64,000 bases of DNA from assembly GCA_963718615.1 (NCBI GenBank), contig OY970368.1, positions 4,032,001-4,096,000 on the forward strand, in the 5' to 3' direction. Made by a program: the position numbers and the translations under genes. Every line of letters starts with the position of its first letter. Positions within the stretch are counted from its first letter, which is position 1. Source of the stretch: an uncultured cyanobacterium (GTDB lineage: Bacteria; Cyanobacteriota; Cyanobacteriia; PCC-9006; JAAUQQ01). The notes beneath the pieces were generated by a model, which searched no databases, was not told where the DNA came from, and was given only the letters and a program-made list of their open reading frames with translations. Shown here piece by piece: positions 1 through 10,162 of the stretch.

Positions 1-2052
1 CTACGCGACTTAGGGGGAAGTGATGCAGTCATTGCCGCAGGCTTCTTGCACGATGTAATAGAAGATACCGCAATTACCTCCGAGGAAATTGAAGAAAAGT
101 TTGGTTCTGAAGTTCGTCAGTTAGTCGATGGCGTCACCAAACTCTCTAAATTTAATTTCTCTAGCAAAACCGAAGAGCAAGCGGAAAACTTCCGACGAAT
201 GTTTTTGGCCATGGCTAAAGATATTCGGGTGATTTTGGTGAAGCTGGCGGATCGCTTGCACAACATGCGGACGCTGGAGCATATGCCCGAAGCAAAGCGG
301 CGGGTGAAGGCTCAGGAAACTCGCGATATTTTTGCCCCCTTGGCGAATCGGCTAGGGATCGGTCGGGTGAAGTGGGAGTTGGAAGACCTGGCGTTTAAGT
401 ATTTGGAGCCGGATGCCTATCGGGAAATTCAATCCTTCGTGGCGGAAAAACGCACGGCGCGGGAGGAGCAGCTAGAGACCAGTATTGGGATGTTGCGCGA
501 TCGCCTCACCCAAGCGGGCATTCAGATTATGGATCTGAGCGGACGGCCCAAGCACCTCTACAGCATCTACAGCAAGATGCAGCGCCAGAAAAAAGAGTTT
601 CACGAGATTTACGACATTGCGGCGCTTCGCATTATTGTGCAGACCAATGAGGAATGCTATCGGGCCTTGGCCATTGTTCACGACATTTTTCAGCCGATCC
701 CCGGACGATTTAAGGACTACATTGGCCTACCCAAGCCCAACCGCTATCAGTCCCTCCATACCTCGGTAATTGGTCTCTCGAAGCGACCCCTGGAGGTTCA
801 GATCCGCACGATAGAAATGCACCATGTGGCGGAATACGGCATTGCGGCCCACTGGAAATACAAGGAAACCGGTGGCTCCCAAGGGCGGATGAATACCAAG
901 GACGAGAAGTTCACCTGGCTGCGGCAACTCTTGGAGTGGCAAAGCGATCTGAAGGATGCGGAGGAGTATCTCGAAACCGTCAAAAATAATCTGTTTGACG
1001 AAGATATCTATGTGTTTACGCCCCAGGGGGATGTGGTACCCCTAGCCCAGGGGGCAACGACCGTGGATTTTGCCTATCGGATTCACTCGGAAGTGGGCAA
1101 TCACTGTGCTGGAGCCAAGATTAATGGACGCATCGTGCCGTTAGATACGGTGCTGAATAATGGTGACATCATCGAAATCATCACCACGAAAAATGCCCAT
1201 CCCAGTCTGGATTGGATGAACTTTGTGGTGACGTCCGGTGCCAAGAATCGGATCCGCAACTGGTTTAAGCGCTCCCATCGGGACGAAAACCTGCTGCGCG
1301 GACGGGACATGCTGGAGCGGGAGTTGGGCAAGTCTGGATTTGATGCTTTGCTGAAGTCAGAGCCCATGCAGCGAGTGGCGGAACGCTGTAATTACAATTC
1401 CGTCGATGATTTGTTGGCGGGACTCGGCCACGGCGGCACAACCCTAAACTTGATTGTCAATCGGATTAACGAAGCCACCCGCGAACAGCAAACCAAAGAA
1501 CAGGCTAAGCTGCCGGTCCCCAGCAATGCGGAGGTGATTGAATCCTTCAATACCAGTAGCCACCATCACCATCCCACTAAACGTCGCTACAGTGATAGTT
1601 CACCGATTTTGGGGGTGGAAGGACTGGTGCATCGGTTGGCACGTTGCTGTAGTCCACTACCCGGTGAAGATATTATCGGTGTGGTTTCCCTCGGCGGGCA
1701 GGGGATCAAGATTCACCGTCAGGGCTGTGGGCGGCTCAAGGATGTGGAGGGCGATCGCCTCATCCCCGTCCGCTGGAACCGCGAAGAAATCAACGGCAAC
1801 CATCCCCCCACCTATCCGGTGCCCATTCAAGTGGAAGCCATCGATCGCATTGGCCTCATGCGAGACATTTTGGTTCGCCTCAGCGACCACCACATCAATG
1901 TTAGCGATGCCAAGGTCACCACGGGGCCCAATAAGCCCGCCATTATTGACCTTTCCATTGATGTCTCCCACCACAGCCAAGTGAATCAGGTCTTTACCCA
2001 TTTGTTGCAGCTCAGCGATGTGTTGAGCGTGCGCCGGGTGAATAAAGCCTAG
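1..2052 (+). CDS. rel: Bifunctional (p)ppGpp synthetase/hydrolase (RelA/SpoT homologue), 5'-truncated by the window
   Basis: Frame is open from base 1 ([18 protein letters not shown]). HD hydrolase motif [19 protein letters not shown], synthetase [25 protein letters not shown] domain ([11 protein letters not shown]), C-terminal CC and ACT domains. Confidence 0.97.
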   Translation, partial: LRDLGGSDAVIAAGFLHDVIEDTAITSEEIEEKFGSEVRQLVDGVTKLSKFNFSSKTEEQAENFRRMFLAMAKDIRVILVKLADRLHNMRTLEHMPEAKRRVKAQETRDIFAPLANRLGIGRVKWELEDLAFKYLEPDAYREIQSFVAEKRTAREEQLETSIGMLRDRLTQAGIQIMDLSGRPKHLYSIYSKMQRQKKEFHEIYDIAALRIIVQTNEECYRALAIVHDIFQPIPGRFKDYIGLPKPNRYQSLHTSVIGLSKRPLEVQIRTIEMHHVAEYGIAAHWKYKETGGSQGRMNTKDEKFTWLRQLLEWQSDLKDAEEYLETVKNNLFDEDIYVFTPQGDVVPLAQGATTVDFAYRIHSEVGNHCAGAKINGRIVPLDTVLNNGDIIEIITTKNAHPSLDWMNFVVTSGAKNRIRNWFKRSHRDENLLRGRDMLERELGKSGFDALLKSEPMQRVAERCNYNSVDDLLAGLGHGGTTLNLIVNRINEATREQQTKEQAKLPVPSNAEVIESFNTSSHHHHPTKRRYSDSSPILGVEGLVHRLARCCSPLPGEDIIGVVSLGGQGIKIHRQGCGRLKDVEGDRLIPVRWNREEINGNHPPTYPVPIQVEAIDRIGLMRDILVRLSDHHINVSDAKVTTGPNKPAIIDLSIDVSHHSQVNQVFTHLLQLSDVLSVRRVNKA

Positions 2053-2102
2053 TTTCGGCTCTATCTCGGGTCTGTGCTGGGGCCTATTCTTCAATCAAAT
2101 CC

Positions 2103-3608
2103 ATGGTGCTAGAAACCCAAAATCCGTTTTTGCTGTTGCCCTACGAGCCTGCCTTTGAGTCTCTGGGGGAAGACTATGGCGATCGCGTCAGCGCTGCCGA
2201 GTTCCCCGAGCAGATTCTGCGGTTTCGCAACGATGCCCTCTTGCCCCAGCTGGGTCTGGATCCGCACAGGGTTAGCGATGCGGACTTTACGGAGGCCTTT
2301 GGGGCCTTTTGGGGGCGATCGCCGTTTCTGGCAATGCGCTACCACGGCTATCAGTTTGGTGAATATAACTCCCGACTGGGGGATGGTCGCGGTTTTCTCT
2401 ATGGCCAGGTGCGGGGCATCGATGGCGAACTCTATGACCTTGGCACTAAGGGCTCGGGGACAACGCCCTATTCACGGGGCGGCGACGGGCGGCTGACGCT
2501 CAAGGGGGGGGTGCGTGAAGTCTTGGGGGCGGAAGCTCTCCATGCCCAAGGGGTTCGGACCTCCCGCTGCCTCAGCCTTGTGGAAACGGGCGAAAAACTC
2601 TGGCGGGGCGATGAGCCTTCACCGACCCGCTCCTCCGTGATGGTGCGCTTGAGTCGATCCCATATTCGCTTTGGCACCTTTGAGCGCCTCCACTCCCTCA
2701 ACCGTCCGGATTTAATCCAACCGCTGCTAGACCACGTCATTGCGGTCTATTATCCCCATCTCCAGGGTGACCCCGATGCGGGCGTGAAGTTTTACCAGGA
2801 GCTGGTCCTGCGCGTTGCTGAACTCGCGGCCCAGTGGACCTCTGTAGGGTTTTGCCATGGGGTTCTCAATACCGACAACATGGCGATTACCGGCGAAAGC
2901 TTTGACTACGGTCCCTACGCGTTCATTCCCACCTATAATCCCAAGTTCACCGCCGCCTATTTTGACTACTACGGGCGTTATAGCTACGGTAATCAGCCGG
3001 GGATCTGCCATCTCAACTTACAAATGTTACAAGCGCCCTTGGGTCTGATTTTGCCCAAGGCTGAGCTCGAAGCAGCCTTAACGGCCTTCGAGGGACATTT
3101 TCAAGCGACCTATCGTCAGCGGATGTTCAATCGCCTGGGGTTTGGCCCCACCGCCAGCTCCGGTGACTGGGCGAATGACTGGGCAGATGGCTGGGCAGAT
3201 GACCTGGTGCGCTGGACGGTTCAGCTTTTAGCCATAAGCCAGGTGGGCTATGGGGATTTCTTCCGACGGCTGCGGCTGCAATTTTCGCCCCAGTGGCGCG
3301 AGGACGGGATGGCGATTCCGGTCGAGCTGTTTCGACCCGACCTGGAAACCGAGTTAGGAGCCGAGTCAAAAAACGAGTCCCAGGACTTTCAGCTAGAAGG
3401 CTGGGAGCAATGGCGCGATCGCTACCACCTTGCCCTCAATCAGCTCTCTCCAAAGCAGTTTGAAACCGTCGCCCCCTGTCTCCAACGACACAATCCCCTG
3501 ACAATTTTAGTCCGTCCTGAAATTGAAACCCTTTGGACCGCTATCGACCAACGCGATGACTGGGAGCCCTTTAATGAACTGGTACAGCGTTTACAAACTG
3601 GCCAGTAG
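2103..3608 (+). CDS. selO: SelO/YdiU-family protein adenylyltransferase
   Basis: [28 protein letters not shown] and HGVLNTDN motifs. Confidence 0.93.
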   Translation: MVLETQNPFLLLPYEPAFESLGEDYGDRVSAAEFPEQILRFRNDALLPQLGLDPHRVSDADFTEAFGAFWGRSPFLAMRYHGYQFGEYNSRLGDGRGFLYGQVRGIDGELYDLGTKGSGTTPYSRGGDGRLTLKGGVREVLGAEALHAQGVRTSRCLSLVETGEKLWRGDEPSPTRSSVMVRLSRSHIRFGTFERLHSLNRPDLIQPLLDHVIAVYYPHLQGDPDAGVKFYQELVLRVAELAAQWTSVGFCHGVLNTDNMAITGESFDYGPYAFIPTYNPKFTAAYFDYYGRYSYGNQPGICHLNLQMLQAPLGLILPKAELEAALTAFEGHFQATYRQRMFNRLGFGPTASSGDWANDWADGWADDLVRWTVQLLAISQVGYGDFFRRLRLQFSPQWREDGMAIPVELFRPDLETELGAESKNESQDFQLEGWEQWRDRYHLALNQLSPKQFETVAPCLQRHNPLTILVRPEIETLWTAIDQRDDWEPFNELVQRLQTGQ

Positions 3609-3833
3609 TTAAACCAAACGTTCTTTTATTCGAAATTCATCAAAAATTAAGCCAGATCTGGCTTGCGGCGTCTGGGCGATCGCCGCAGAGGATGCTATCC
3701 TAATCCTGCAAATTGCCGCTCCTGCCCAGCATCGGTAATCCTACGGCGTCAATCCCTAGGCTTGCCATCCCCCAGGAATGTGCTAAAACCGATCCAATGT
3801 GTCCAACTTTGGGCGCAAGTATCTGGAAAACCT

Positions 3834-4568
3834 ATGAGCGAGACGACGGCATTTTTAGCGGGTACTGCGGTAGCAGGAATCTCAGCCCTTCTCTTATTGA
3901 AGGGTGGATTTGGCTTGGGTCAACCGTCGTCCCCCTATGGCTTGACCCCGGCCCAGCCGACGCCTCTGCCCCCAGCCCTGAGCACAGCGCCAGCACCAGC
4001 GACAGCCCCAACCCCCTCCGATCCTTGGGGACAAAATCAGAACGAATTGCTGCGATCGCAGCTCGAACAACAAAAGACGCTCACCGGCCAACTCCGCTCT
4101 CAGCTCGATCAACAGGAGTCCATGACCGAGCAATTGCGGTCTCAGCTAGAGCAGCAGCGCAACCAGACCGATCGCGTCGTGGCTCAGCTCCAGGATCAAC
4201 AGCGTTCGGTCGATCGCCTCTCGATTCAGCAGGGGCTCCCCAATGGCGGCATGCCCGGCGGCGCAGTCCTGGCGCAGAATAACCAAACCTCGCCCCAGGT
4301 GGTTTTGCTGTGGGCCATGGGGGGCGTCTTTTTGTTGGTCATTATTGGCGGTGGCATCCTCCTACTCGTGGTGGTGGTCCTAGCCAGTCAGCAACAGCCC
4401 CGGCGGCAGCGGCCCCCTCAGCCTTACATGCTCCATTCCCAGGGGATGCCAGAACCTCCCTATTACCCGTCCTACCCCCCCCAGCGTCCCCGTCAACAGC
4501 AACCGCCAACGACCTATGTGTTGCCTCAGCGCAGTGTCCGACGGGTAGATTCCTACGATTCTTATTAA
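3834..4568 (+). CDS. PatN-like membrane protein (N-terminal hydrophobic segment, Gln-rich coiled coil, TM helix, Pro-rich tail)
   Basis: The ATG at 3834 gives MSETTAFLAGTAVAGISALLLLKG, repeated QLRSQLEQQ heptads and TM LLWAMGGVFLLVIIGGG. This resembles Nostoc PatN as recalled, without an alignment. The upstream TTG extension looks non-coding. Confidence 0.6.
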   Translation: MSETTAFLAGTAVAGISALLLLKGGFGLGQPSSPYGLTPAQPTPLPPALSTAPAPATAPTPSDPWGQNQNELLRSQLEQQKTLTGQLRSQLDQQESMTEQLRSQLEQQRNQTDRVVAQLQDQQRSVDRLSIQQGLPNGGMPGGAVLAQNNQTSPQVVLLWAMGGVFLLVIIGGGILLLVVVVLASQQQPRRQRPPQPYMLHSQGMPEPPYYPSYPPQRPRQQQPPTTYVLPQRSVRRVDSYDSY

Positions 4569-5140
4569 TCTTGCTCAATAAATTTTTTGTGTAACCGACG
4601 CCTCAGGCGTTTGCGGTGGGCGCGGTGAAGTAAATATCGAGAGCCCCAGTAGCCTAAAACCGACAGGACCAGCCCCAGCAGCGCGCACCCTAGAAAAAGA
4701 GTCCCAACAAACTGGCCCCCCAGATCCAACATCGCCTGGGTGCTCAGAAAGGTCTGGGTACTAAAGCTTTGCGTCTCGTTGTTGAGGACCCACTTGCCTA
4801 CGTGGAAACCGAGGCTGTAGAGGGGGATATAGGTGAGGGGATTGCTAATCCAGGTGGAGGCAGCGGCGACTACTCGGTGACCTCGGAAGACGCTGGCTAG
4901 GGCGATCGCAATGACGATCTGAAGCCCAAACAGCGGCAAATATCCCGAAAACAGCCCCACCGCCAAGCCTCGGGCGATGTAGGTTGGATCCGAGTGCAGA
5001 CGGATAAAGCGATAGTAAAAATAGCGCATCCTCCGTTTCCAACCGCGTCGGGGCGATCGCGGCTGATTGTCTGGTTTGAAGGGATAACGGTAGGGCAAGG
5101 GCGCGGATGTTAAATCTGAATTGAGCGGAGATCGCTGCAT
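4565..5140 (-). CDS. DUF2062-family membrane protein
   Basis: IARGLAVGLFSGYLPLFGLQ and TWISNPLTYIPLY motifs. Confidence 0.85.
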   Translation of the reverse strand: MQRSPLNSDLTSAPLPYRYPFKPDNQPRSPRRGWKRRMRYFYYRFIRLHSDPTYIARGLAVGLFSGYLPLFGLQIVIAIALASVFRGHRVVAAASTWISNPLTYIPLYSLGFHVGKWVLNNETQSFSTQTFLSTQAMLDLGGQFVGTLFLGCALLGLVLSVLGYWGSRYLLHRAHRKRLRRRLHKKFIEQD

Positions 5141-5304
5141 GGTTGACTCAGGAACCTAAGCGCTAGGGGATCACGACGGAGCGGGGTAGATCGGGCAGTC
5201 ATGGGGAAACTACGGGAAACTACTCTATTTTTAAGGAGATATCCCCATTATCTCGATGGACCTGGGACGTGACAAATTTTCTAGAGAATAAACGGCCTGA
5301 AACG

Positions 5305-5348
5305 GAACGCTAATCGAACGCTAATCGAATGCCAATCGAACGCCCATT
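5305..5348 (+). repeat. Four degenerate 11-bp tandem repeats (GAACGCTAATC) just upstream of mnmE
   Basis: GAACGCTAATC GAACGCTAATC GAATGCCAATC GAACGCCCATT read directly. Confidence 0.7.
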
Positions 5349-5357
5349 GAACTCACT

Positions 5358-6725
5358 ATGACTGCCACTATTGTCGCGATCGCCACTGCTATCGTTCCCC
5401 AGCAGGGCTCTGTGGGAATTGTACGGATGTCGGGTCCGGAGGCGATCGCCATTGCCCGTCGTCTCTTCCAGGCTCCAGGTCAGCAGCCCTGGGAAAGCCA
5501 CAGAATTCTTTATGGTTATGTTCAGGATTTCAAATCCCAGGAGACGATTGACGAAGCTCTGCTCCTGTTAATGCGGGCTCCCCGCTCTTACACCAAGGAA
5601 GATGTGGTGGAGTTCCATTGCCATGGCGGCATTATGGTGGTGCAGCGGGTGCTGCAGCTCTGCGTGGCGGCGGGGGCGAGGCTGGCCCAGCCGGGGGAAT
5701 TTACGCTGCGGGCGTTTTTGAATGGACGCATTGACCTGACCCAAGCGGAAAGTGTAGCGGATTTGGTCGGTGCCCAGTCGCCCCAGGCCGCAGGCTTTGC
5801 ACTGGCGGGAATTCGCGGCAAGCTGGCCCAGCCCATTCGGCAGTTGCGATCGACCTGCTTAGACATTCTGGCGGAAATCGAAGCGCGGGTGGATTTTGAG
5901 GATGACTTGCCCCCCTTGGATGAAACGGAGATTCGGCGGCAGTTGCGGGCGGTGTTGGCGAACCTCAATCAGATTTTGGCGACGGCGGATCGGGGGGAAC
6001 TGTTGCGATCGGGCTTGAAGGTGGCGATCGTTGGTCAGCCCAATGTGGGGAAGTCGAGTTTGCTCAATGCCTGGAGTCGGAGCGATCGCGCCATTGTCAC
6101 AGATCTACCGGGCACGACGCGGGATGTGGTGGAGTCGCAGCTTGTGGTGGGTGGGATTCCAGTGCAGGTGTTGGATACGGCGGGGATTCGGGAGACGGAG
6201 GATCAAGTGGAACGGATTGGCGTGGCGCGATCGCAAGCGGCGGCCCAGGAGGCAGACTTGGTTTTGCTCACGCTGGATGCTTCCGTGGGCTGGACAGCGG
6301 CGGATCAGGAGATCTATGGGCAAGTGCAGGGACGATCTCTGATTATTGTTTTGAATAAGGTGGATCTGCTCCAGCCGGGACAAGCCTTGCCACACCTGCC
6401 GATACCAGCCAGGGTGGTTAAAACGGCAGCGGCGAAACATCAGGGCATCGAGGATTTGGAGCAGGCTATTTTGCAGGAAGTACAGAGCGGAGATGCCCAG
6501 GCAACCCAGCTAGACTGGGCGATCAATCAACGTCAGGCGGCAGCATTGACGCGAGCCCAAGTGGCCTTGGAGCAGGTGCAGGAGACCATTGCGGAGCAAA
6601 TGCCCTTTGACTTTTGGACGATTGATCTGCGGGGTGCGATTCAGGCCTTGGGAGAAGTCACAGGTGAAGGTATGACAGAGCCGATGTTAGAACGGATTTT
6701 CAGTCGGTTTTGTATTGGTAAATAG
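5358..6725 (+). CDS. mnmE: tRNA modification GTPase MnmE/TrmE
   Basis: [23 protein letters not shown] and C-terminal FCIGK. Confidence 0.97.
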   Translation: MTATIVAIATAIVPQQGSVGIVRMSGPEAIAIARRLFQAPGQQPWESHRILYGYVQDFKSQETIDEALLLLMRAPRSYTKEDVVEFHCHGGIMVVQRVLQLCVAAGARLAQPGEFTLRAFLNGRIDLTQAESVADLVGAQSPQAAGFALAGIRGKLAQPIRQLRSTCLDILAEIEARVDFEDDLPPLDETEIRRQLRAVLANLNQILATADRGELLRSGLKVAIVGQPNVGKSSLLNAWSRSDRAIVTDLPGTTRDVVESQLVVGGIPVQVLDTAGIRETEDQVERIGVARSQAAAQEADLVLLTLDASVGWTAADQEIYGQVQGRSLIIVLNKVDLLQPGQALPHLPIPARVVKTAAAKHQGIEDLEQAILQEVQSGDAQATQLDWAINQRQAAALTRAQVALEQVQETIAEQMPFDFWTIDLRGAIQALGEVTGEGMTEPMLERIFSRFCIGK

Positions 6726-6906
6726 GTTTTGTATCGGTCAAGAAATGTCCTCGCTGTATCACAAGCCTTACATAACTTTAACTTTTGGCGGTGATAAGCA
6801 TTTCCTATCCAGCGTGGGCACGCTAATCCTAGCTGAACTATTCCTCGATGAAGAGAAATTGAGTCAGCCCCGCTAACTTCACCCACTTCACCGAGAGGTA
6901 CCTCCA

Positions 6907-7356
6907 ATGACGCTGGATTCTCCGCAACCCGCCTCCGCCGGAACCGCAACCCTAAGCCGTACTGCCCAGCGCAGCGTCGCACCGGGCCTAGAGACGTCTC
7001 GTGCTGCCACTGCCCCCCGGCCCGATTGGCAGCCTGCCCTAGAGCTCCAAGAAACTGCTGATCGGATCTATGTGCAACTGCAACTACCGGGCTTTTGTCG
7101 AGAAGCAATCGAGATTCAGGCAACCCCCACCGATGTCATGGTCCGGGGAGCTCATTTTTCAGCCTATGGTTCCTCGAAAGGCTGCGTGCTGGCTTCAGAA
7201 TTTCACTACGGTCCGTTTGAACGGGTGATTTTGTTGCCCACTCGCATTGACCCGCAGCATAGCCAAGCGGACTTTCACCAGGGATTATTAACTTTGACGC
7301 TGACCAAAGCTACAGCCAAAGTGACAGCCAAAGTGACAGCCAAAGCGACGGCCTAA
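6907..7356 (+). CDS. Hsp20/alpha-crystallin small heat-shock protein
   Basis: WQPALELQET...LPG, SEFHYGPFERVILLP, GLLTLTL. GAGG RBS upstream. C-terminus is a 3x12-bp repeat (TAKV). Confidence 0.88.
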   Translation: MTLDSPQPASAGTATLSRTAQRSVAPGLETSRAATAPRPDWQPALELQETADRIYVQLQLPGFCREAIEIQATPTDVMVRGAHFSAYGSSKGCVLASEFHYGPFERVILLPTRIDPQHSQADFHQGLLTLTLTKATAKVTAKVTAKATA

Positions 7357-7387
7357 CCCAGTCAGCGCCTCACAAAATATTAGCCGC

Positions 7388-7678
7388 CTAGGCCAAGGTC
7401 GCTGTTGTGAAGCCACGCTCGCTGCCCCGATAGGTTGCAACGGTAGCGCGGCCCGTACCCCGATGACCCGCCAGGGTGGTCTGTGCTCTGCCGGTACCTC
7501 GGTAAGCCACGGTTTGTTCTGCTTGTTTTGCTTCGACCCGGCCCGTGCCACGATAGGCGAGGGTCGGGTTTTTGTCAGCAGCGGTGTTGATCGAGGAGTT
7601 GATCGAAAAACTGAGGGGAGTGGCGATCGCCAAAACAGCGAGAACAGCGACACGGGTTTGAAGGGTAGAAAACATCAT
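7388..7678 (-). CDS. Small secreted protein with four tandem PatS/PatX-like motifs (YRGTGR, YRGTGR, HRGTGR, YRGSER)
   Basis: ATG ATG at 7678/7675 preceded by AAGGA. Signal-peptide-like N-terminus (TRVAVLAVLAIATP). The motifs use different synonymous codons, which points to protein-level selection. Confidence 0.75.
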   Translation of the reverse strand: MMFSTLQTRVAVLAVLAIATPLSFSINSSINTAADKNPTLAYRGTGRVEAKQAEQTVAYRGTGRAQTTLAGHRGTGRATVATYRGSERGFTTATLA

Positions 7679-8169
7679 GATTATCCTTGCAGGGTTGGTT
7701 GATTTGCTTGTTTGACTTGCTTGTGGAGATCTACAAAACCCCGCCACTTTCTACGCACTGCACTGAAAATTTGATGTCGATTAAAAAATTGTTCTAAGGG
7801 TGATTCTTTCAGTGAAATTTTCGACGGTACCGAAAGTTGTCTAGGACAAATCACCTAGATATGATGTCTGTCTCCTAGGAAATTTCAGGAAAGATCAAGG
7901 GGAAACCCACCTACCCCCCGAGGAAAGCTGGGGACAGCTCACAGACTGGCTCTCGCCCCCGATCGCTTCATCCGATATCTGGGGAACGCTAAAACCAGAC
8001 CTAGCCATTTCTGTTTCTGTTGACAGGTTTTTTTGCTATGGCTTCTTTCCTGAAGCTTCCCTGCGAACCGTTGGCTTGGGGCGATCGCTCTACCAGAAAT
8101 CTCCGCAGTGCTCCGCCTATACCCGAAGGGTTAGGGGGTGGTGAAGCGGAGCGCGACCGCAGGAAGCAA

Positions 8170-8583
8170 CTAATCAATCTCGGCCTGCTGTTGAATATAT
8201 TGCCTGAGAACAGATATAGGGGCTCCGCCACAAGAAATAATGCAGTAGGAACGACTCCAAAAGATCGGCTTATCTCGGTAGATCTGATTAAGGTGTTCAC
8301 CAAACTCTTTCCTGATTAACCGACTAGAGACAGTTTTTAAGTTGTTCACCAACTTTGACGGCTGAACCTTGGGATTGATCGAGATAAGAAGATGAACATG
8401 GTCAGCCTCCCCATTAAACTCAAGCAGGTTGCCATCCCACTTAACGAGCGTCTGCGCGAATATCTCTCGCATTCTGTCCAGCATGGGTTTTGTGATGCAC
8501 TTTCGTCGGTACTTAGTGCAAGCGACTAAGTGGAATTGAAGATTATAGGAGCAGTGGTGGAGTGTATTTAACGGTTGCGACAT
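8170..8583 (-). CDS. tnpA: IS200/IS605 Y1 (HUH) transposase TnpA
   Basis: HLVACTKYRR, HUH motif DHVHLL, FWSRSY, catalytic Tyr in YIQQQ. Confidence 0.95.
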   Translation of the reverse strand: MSQPLNTLHHCSYNLQFHLVACTKYRRKCITKPMLDRMREIFAQTLVKWDGNLLEFNGEADHVHLLISINPKVQPSKLVNNLKTVSSRLIRKEFGEHLNQIYRDKPIFWSRSYCIISCGGAPISVLRQYIQQQAEID

Positions 8584-8610
8584 TGTAGGCGACTAAGCTA
8601 GAATAAGACC

Positions 8611-9798
8611 ATGCTAACACTGACCTATGAGTACAAACTGAAGCCAACCGCTCAGCAGATTGAGGAGCTAGAAAATAGCTTGGATGTTTGCCGAAAAGTC
8701 TGGAATTATGCCCTGAAAGAGCGCAAGGACTGGATTGCTTCAAGAAAGTGTCCTATCAATGCTTGCTCAATTCGGGGTGAGTACATCATGGCGGCGGATG
8801 CTCCCTATCCCGGTTTTGCTCACCAGTGCAAATCCCTGACCCAAGCCAAGAAGACTAATCCTGACCTCAAGTCTGTCAATGCTCAATCCCTTCAGCAAGT
8901 GCTGAAGACTTTAGAAAAAGCATTCAAGGATAAGGCAGAACGGGGGTTTGGGTTTCCTCGGTTTAAGAAGTCGGGGCAAATGAAGTCGTTTCTGTTTCCT
9001 CAATTGGGTAAGACTCCACTGGGAGACGGGTGGGTAAATCTTCCCAGTATTGGGAAAACTGCTATCCGGCAGTCTCGGCCCTATCCCGAAGGCTTCCAGG
9101 TGAAGCAGGCCAGGATAGTGAAGCGGGCGTCAGGGTTTTATGTGGTGCTCTGTTTTCAAGCGGAGTTGTCCATTCCCGATGTGCCATTGGTAGGTCAGTG
9201 TGTGGGTGTCGATGTAGGGTTGGAATATTTCCTGTCAGCCTCGGATGGCTTGCAAGTTCATTGTCCTCGGTTTTTCGTTGACCTGCAAAGCGAGCTGAAA
9301 TTGCTGCAACGCCGGTTGAAGAAAAAGGTGCTGGGGTCGAAGAACTGGAAAAAACTTCAACTCAAGATCGCAAAGCTGCATGAACGAATCAGCCACACTC
9401 GCAAGGATTTTCACTTCAAGATTGCTCATCTGCTCTGTGACCGGGGCGATGTGATTGCGGTGGAGAATCTGAATCTAGTGGGCTTGTCCCGTGGCATGTT
9501 GGGTAAACACATGCTCGATGCTGGATTGGGACAGTTCCTGAATCAGATTTTGCCTTGGGTTTGCTTCAAGCGAGGGAAGGGGTATCTGAAAGTGGATGCC
9601 CGTGGAACCTCTCAGCAATGTCCTGATTGTGGTCATGCTGTCAAAAAGCAGCTTTCAGACCGTTGGCATAGTTGTGCCCATTGCGGGTCATCAATGCCTC
9701 GGGATATTGCCAGCGCGATTGTGATTAAGCAAAGGGCCGTGGGGCGCACGGTTCAAGAAAAGGCTTGTGGAGACGGTCTAGCGGGGGTGGCGGCATGA
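8611..9798 (+). CDS. tnpB: RNA-guided endonuclease TnpB
   Basis: N-terminal YEYKLKPT, GFPRFKK, RuvC-I VGVDVG, RuvC-II AVENL, zinc finger CPDC...CAHC, RuvC-III RD. Confidence 0.95.
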   Translation: MLTLTYEYKLKPTAQQIEELENSLDVCRKVWNYALKERKDWIASRKCPINACSIRGEYIMAADAPYPGFAHQCKSLTQAKKTNPDLKSVNAQSLQQVLKTLEKAFKDKAERGFGFPRFKKSGQMKSFLFPQLGKTPLGDGWVNLPSIGKTAIRQSRPYPEGFQVKQARIVKRASGFYVVLCFQAELSIPDVPLVGQCVGVDVGLEYFLSASDGLQVHCPRFFVDLQSELKLLQRRLKKKVLGSKNWKKLQLKIAKLHERISHTRKDFHFKIAHLLCDRGDVIAVENLNLVGLSRGMLGKHMLDAGLGQFLNQILPWVCFKRGKGYLKVDARGTSQQCPDCGHAVKKQLSDRWHSCAHCGSSMPRDIASAIVIKQRAVGRTVQEKACGDGLAGVAA

Positions 9799-9895
9799 AT
9801 GTGCTGTTATCTAGCCAAGAGTCTGTGAAACAGGAATCTCCATCCATATCGCCTAGCGATTGGGTGGATGAGCGTCAATTCTCTTCGCTTCTGGA
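9740..9895 (+). ncRNA. Putative TnpB omega/reRNA (scaffold ending at TCAA 9878; guide is the flanking TTCTCTTCGCTTCTGG)
   Basis: TnpB reRNAs are known to derive from the element's right end plus about 16 nt of flank. The right-end hairpin is visible. The 5' boundary is a guess. Confidence 0.55.
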
Positions 9896-10093
9896 TTAGC
9901 GATACGGGTGTAGGCATCTTGCCCCTGGAAATGACCCGACTATTCCAGGCGTTTGAATAGGTAGGTGACAAAAACCGTCAGGTCGAAAGCAAGCAATGGC
10001 CAAGAAGGGCTAGTGCAGATGCGCCGCTCCCGGTCAGATTTAGTGATTACCGACTTGGCCATGCCTGTACTAGATGGCTTTGAGCTATTGAAG
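9879..10093 (+). pseudogene. Remnant of a hybrid histidine kinase (HATPase fragment joined to a receiver-domain fragment)
   Basis: 9883-9990 reads LRFWISDTGVGILPLEMTRLFQAFE*VGDKNRQVE. From 9989, another frame reads ASNGQEGLVQMRRSRSDLVITDLAMPVLDGFELLK. Both match segments of the intact kinase at 12871. Confidence 0.8.
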
Positions 10094-10162
10094 AATTGCT
10101 GCGATCGCCCCTAGGCACTGAGCACCCATAAAGGGCGTGAACTGCACGCTCCTAGTGATGAC

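Larger units (their letters stand above)
8094..9878. mobile_element. IS200/IS605-family insertion sequence (divergent tnpA/tnpB)
   Basis: Right end: GAAT (9834-37), hairpin CATCCA...TGGATG, terminal TCAA (9875-78), as in IS608. Left end: CTAC (8090-93), then AGTG (8107-10) at the foot of the GCTCCGC...GCGGAGC hairpin. Removing 8094-9878 restores a kinase-like reading frame. Confidence 0.85.

Noticed and set aside
3663-3833. N-terminal extension of the 301-aa ORF from TTG
   Set aside because: Low-quality sequence in the probable promoter region; the ATG at 3834 gives the family-like N-terminus.
8020-8024. TTGAC as the IS left target motif
   Set aside because: It is too far from the left-end hairpin, does not fit the AGTG guide, and does not restore the kinase frame; CTAC at 8090-93 does all three.
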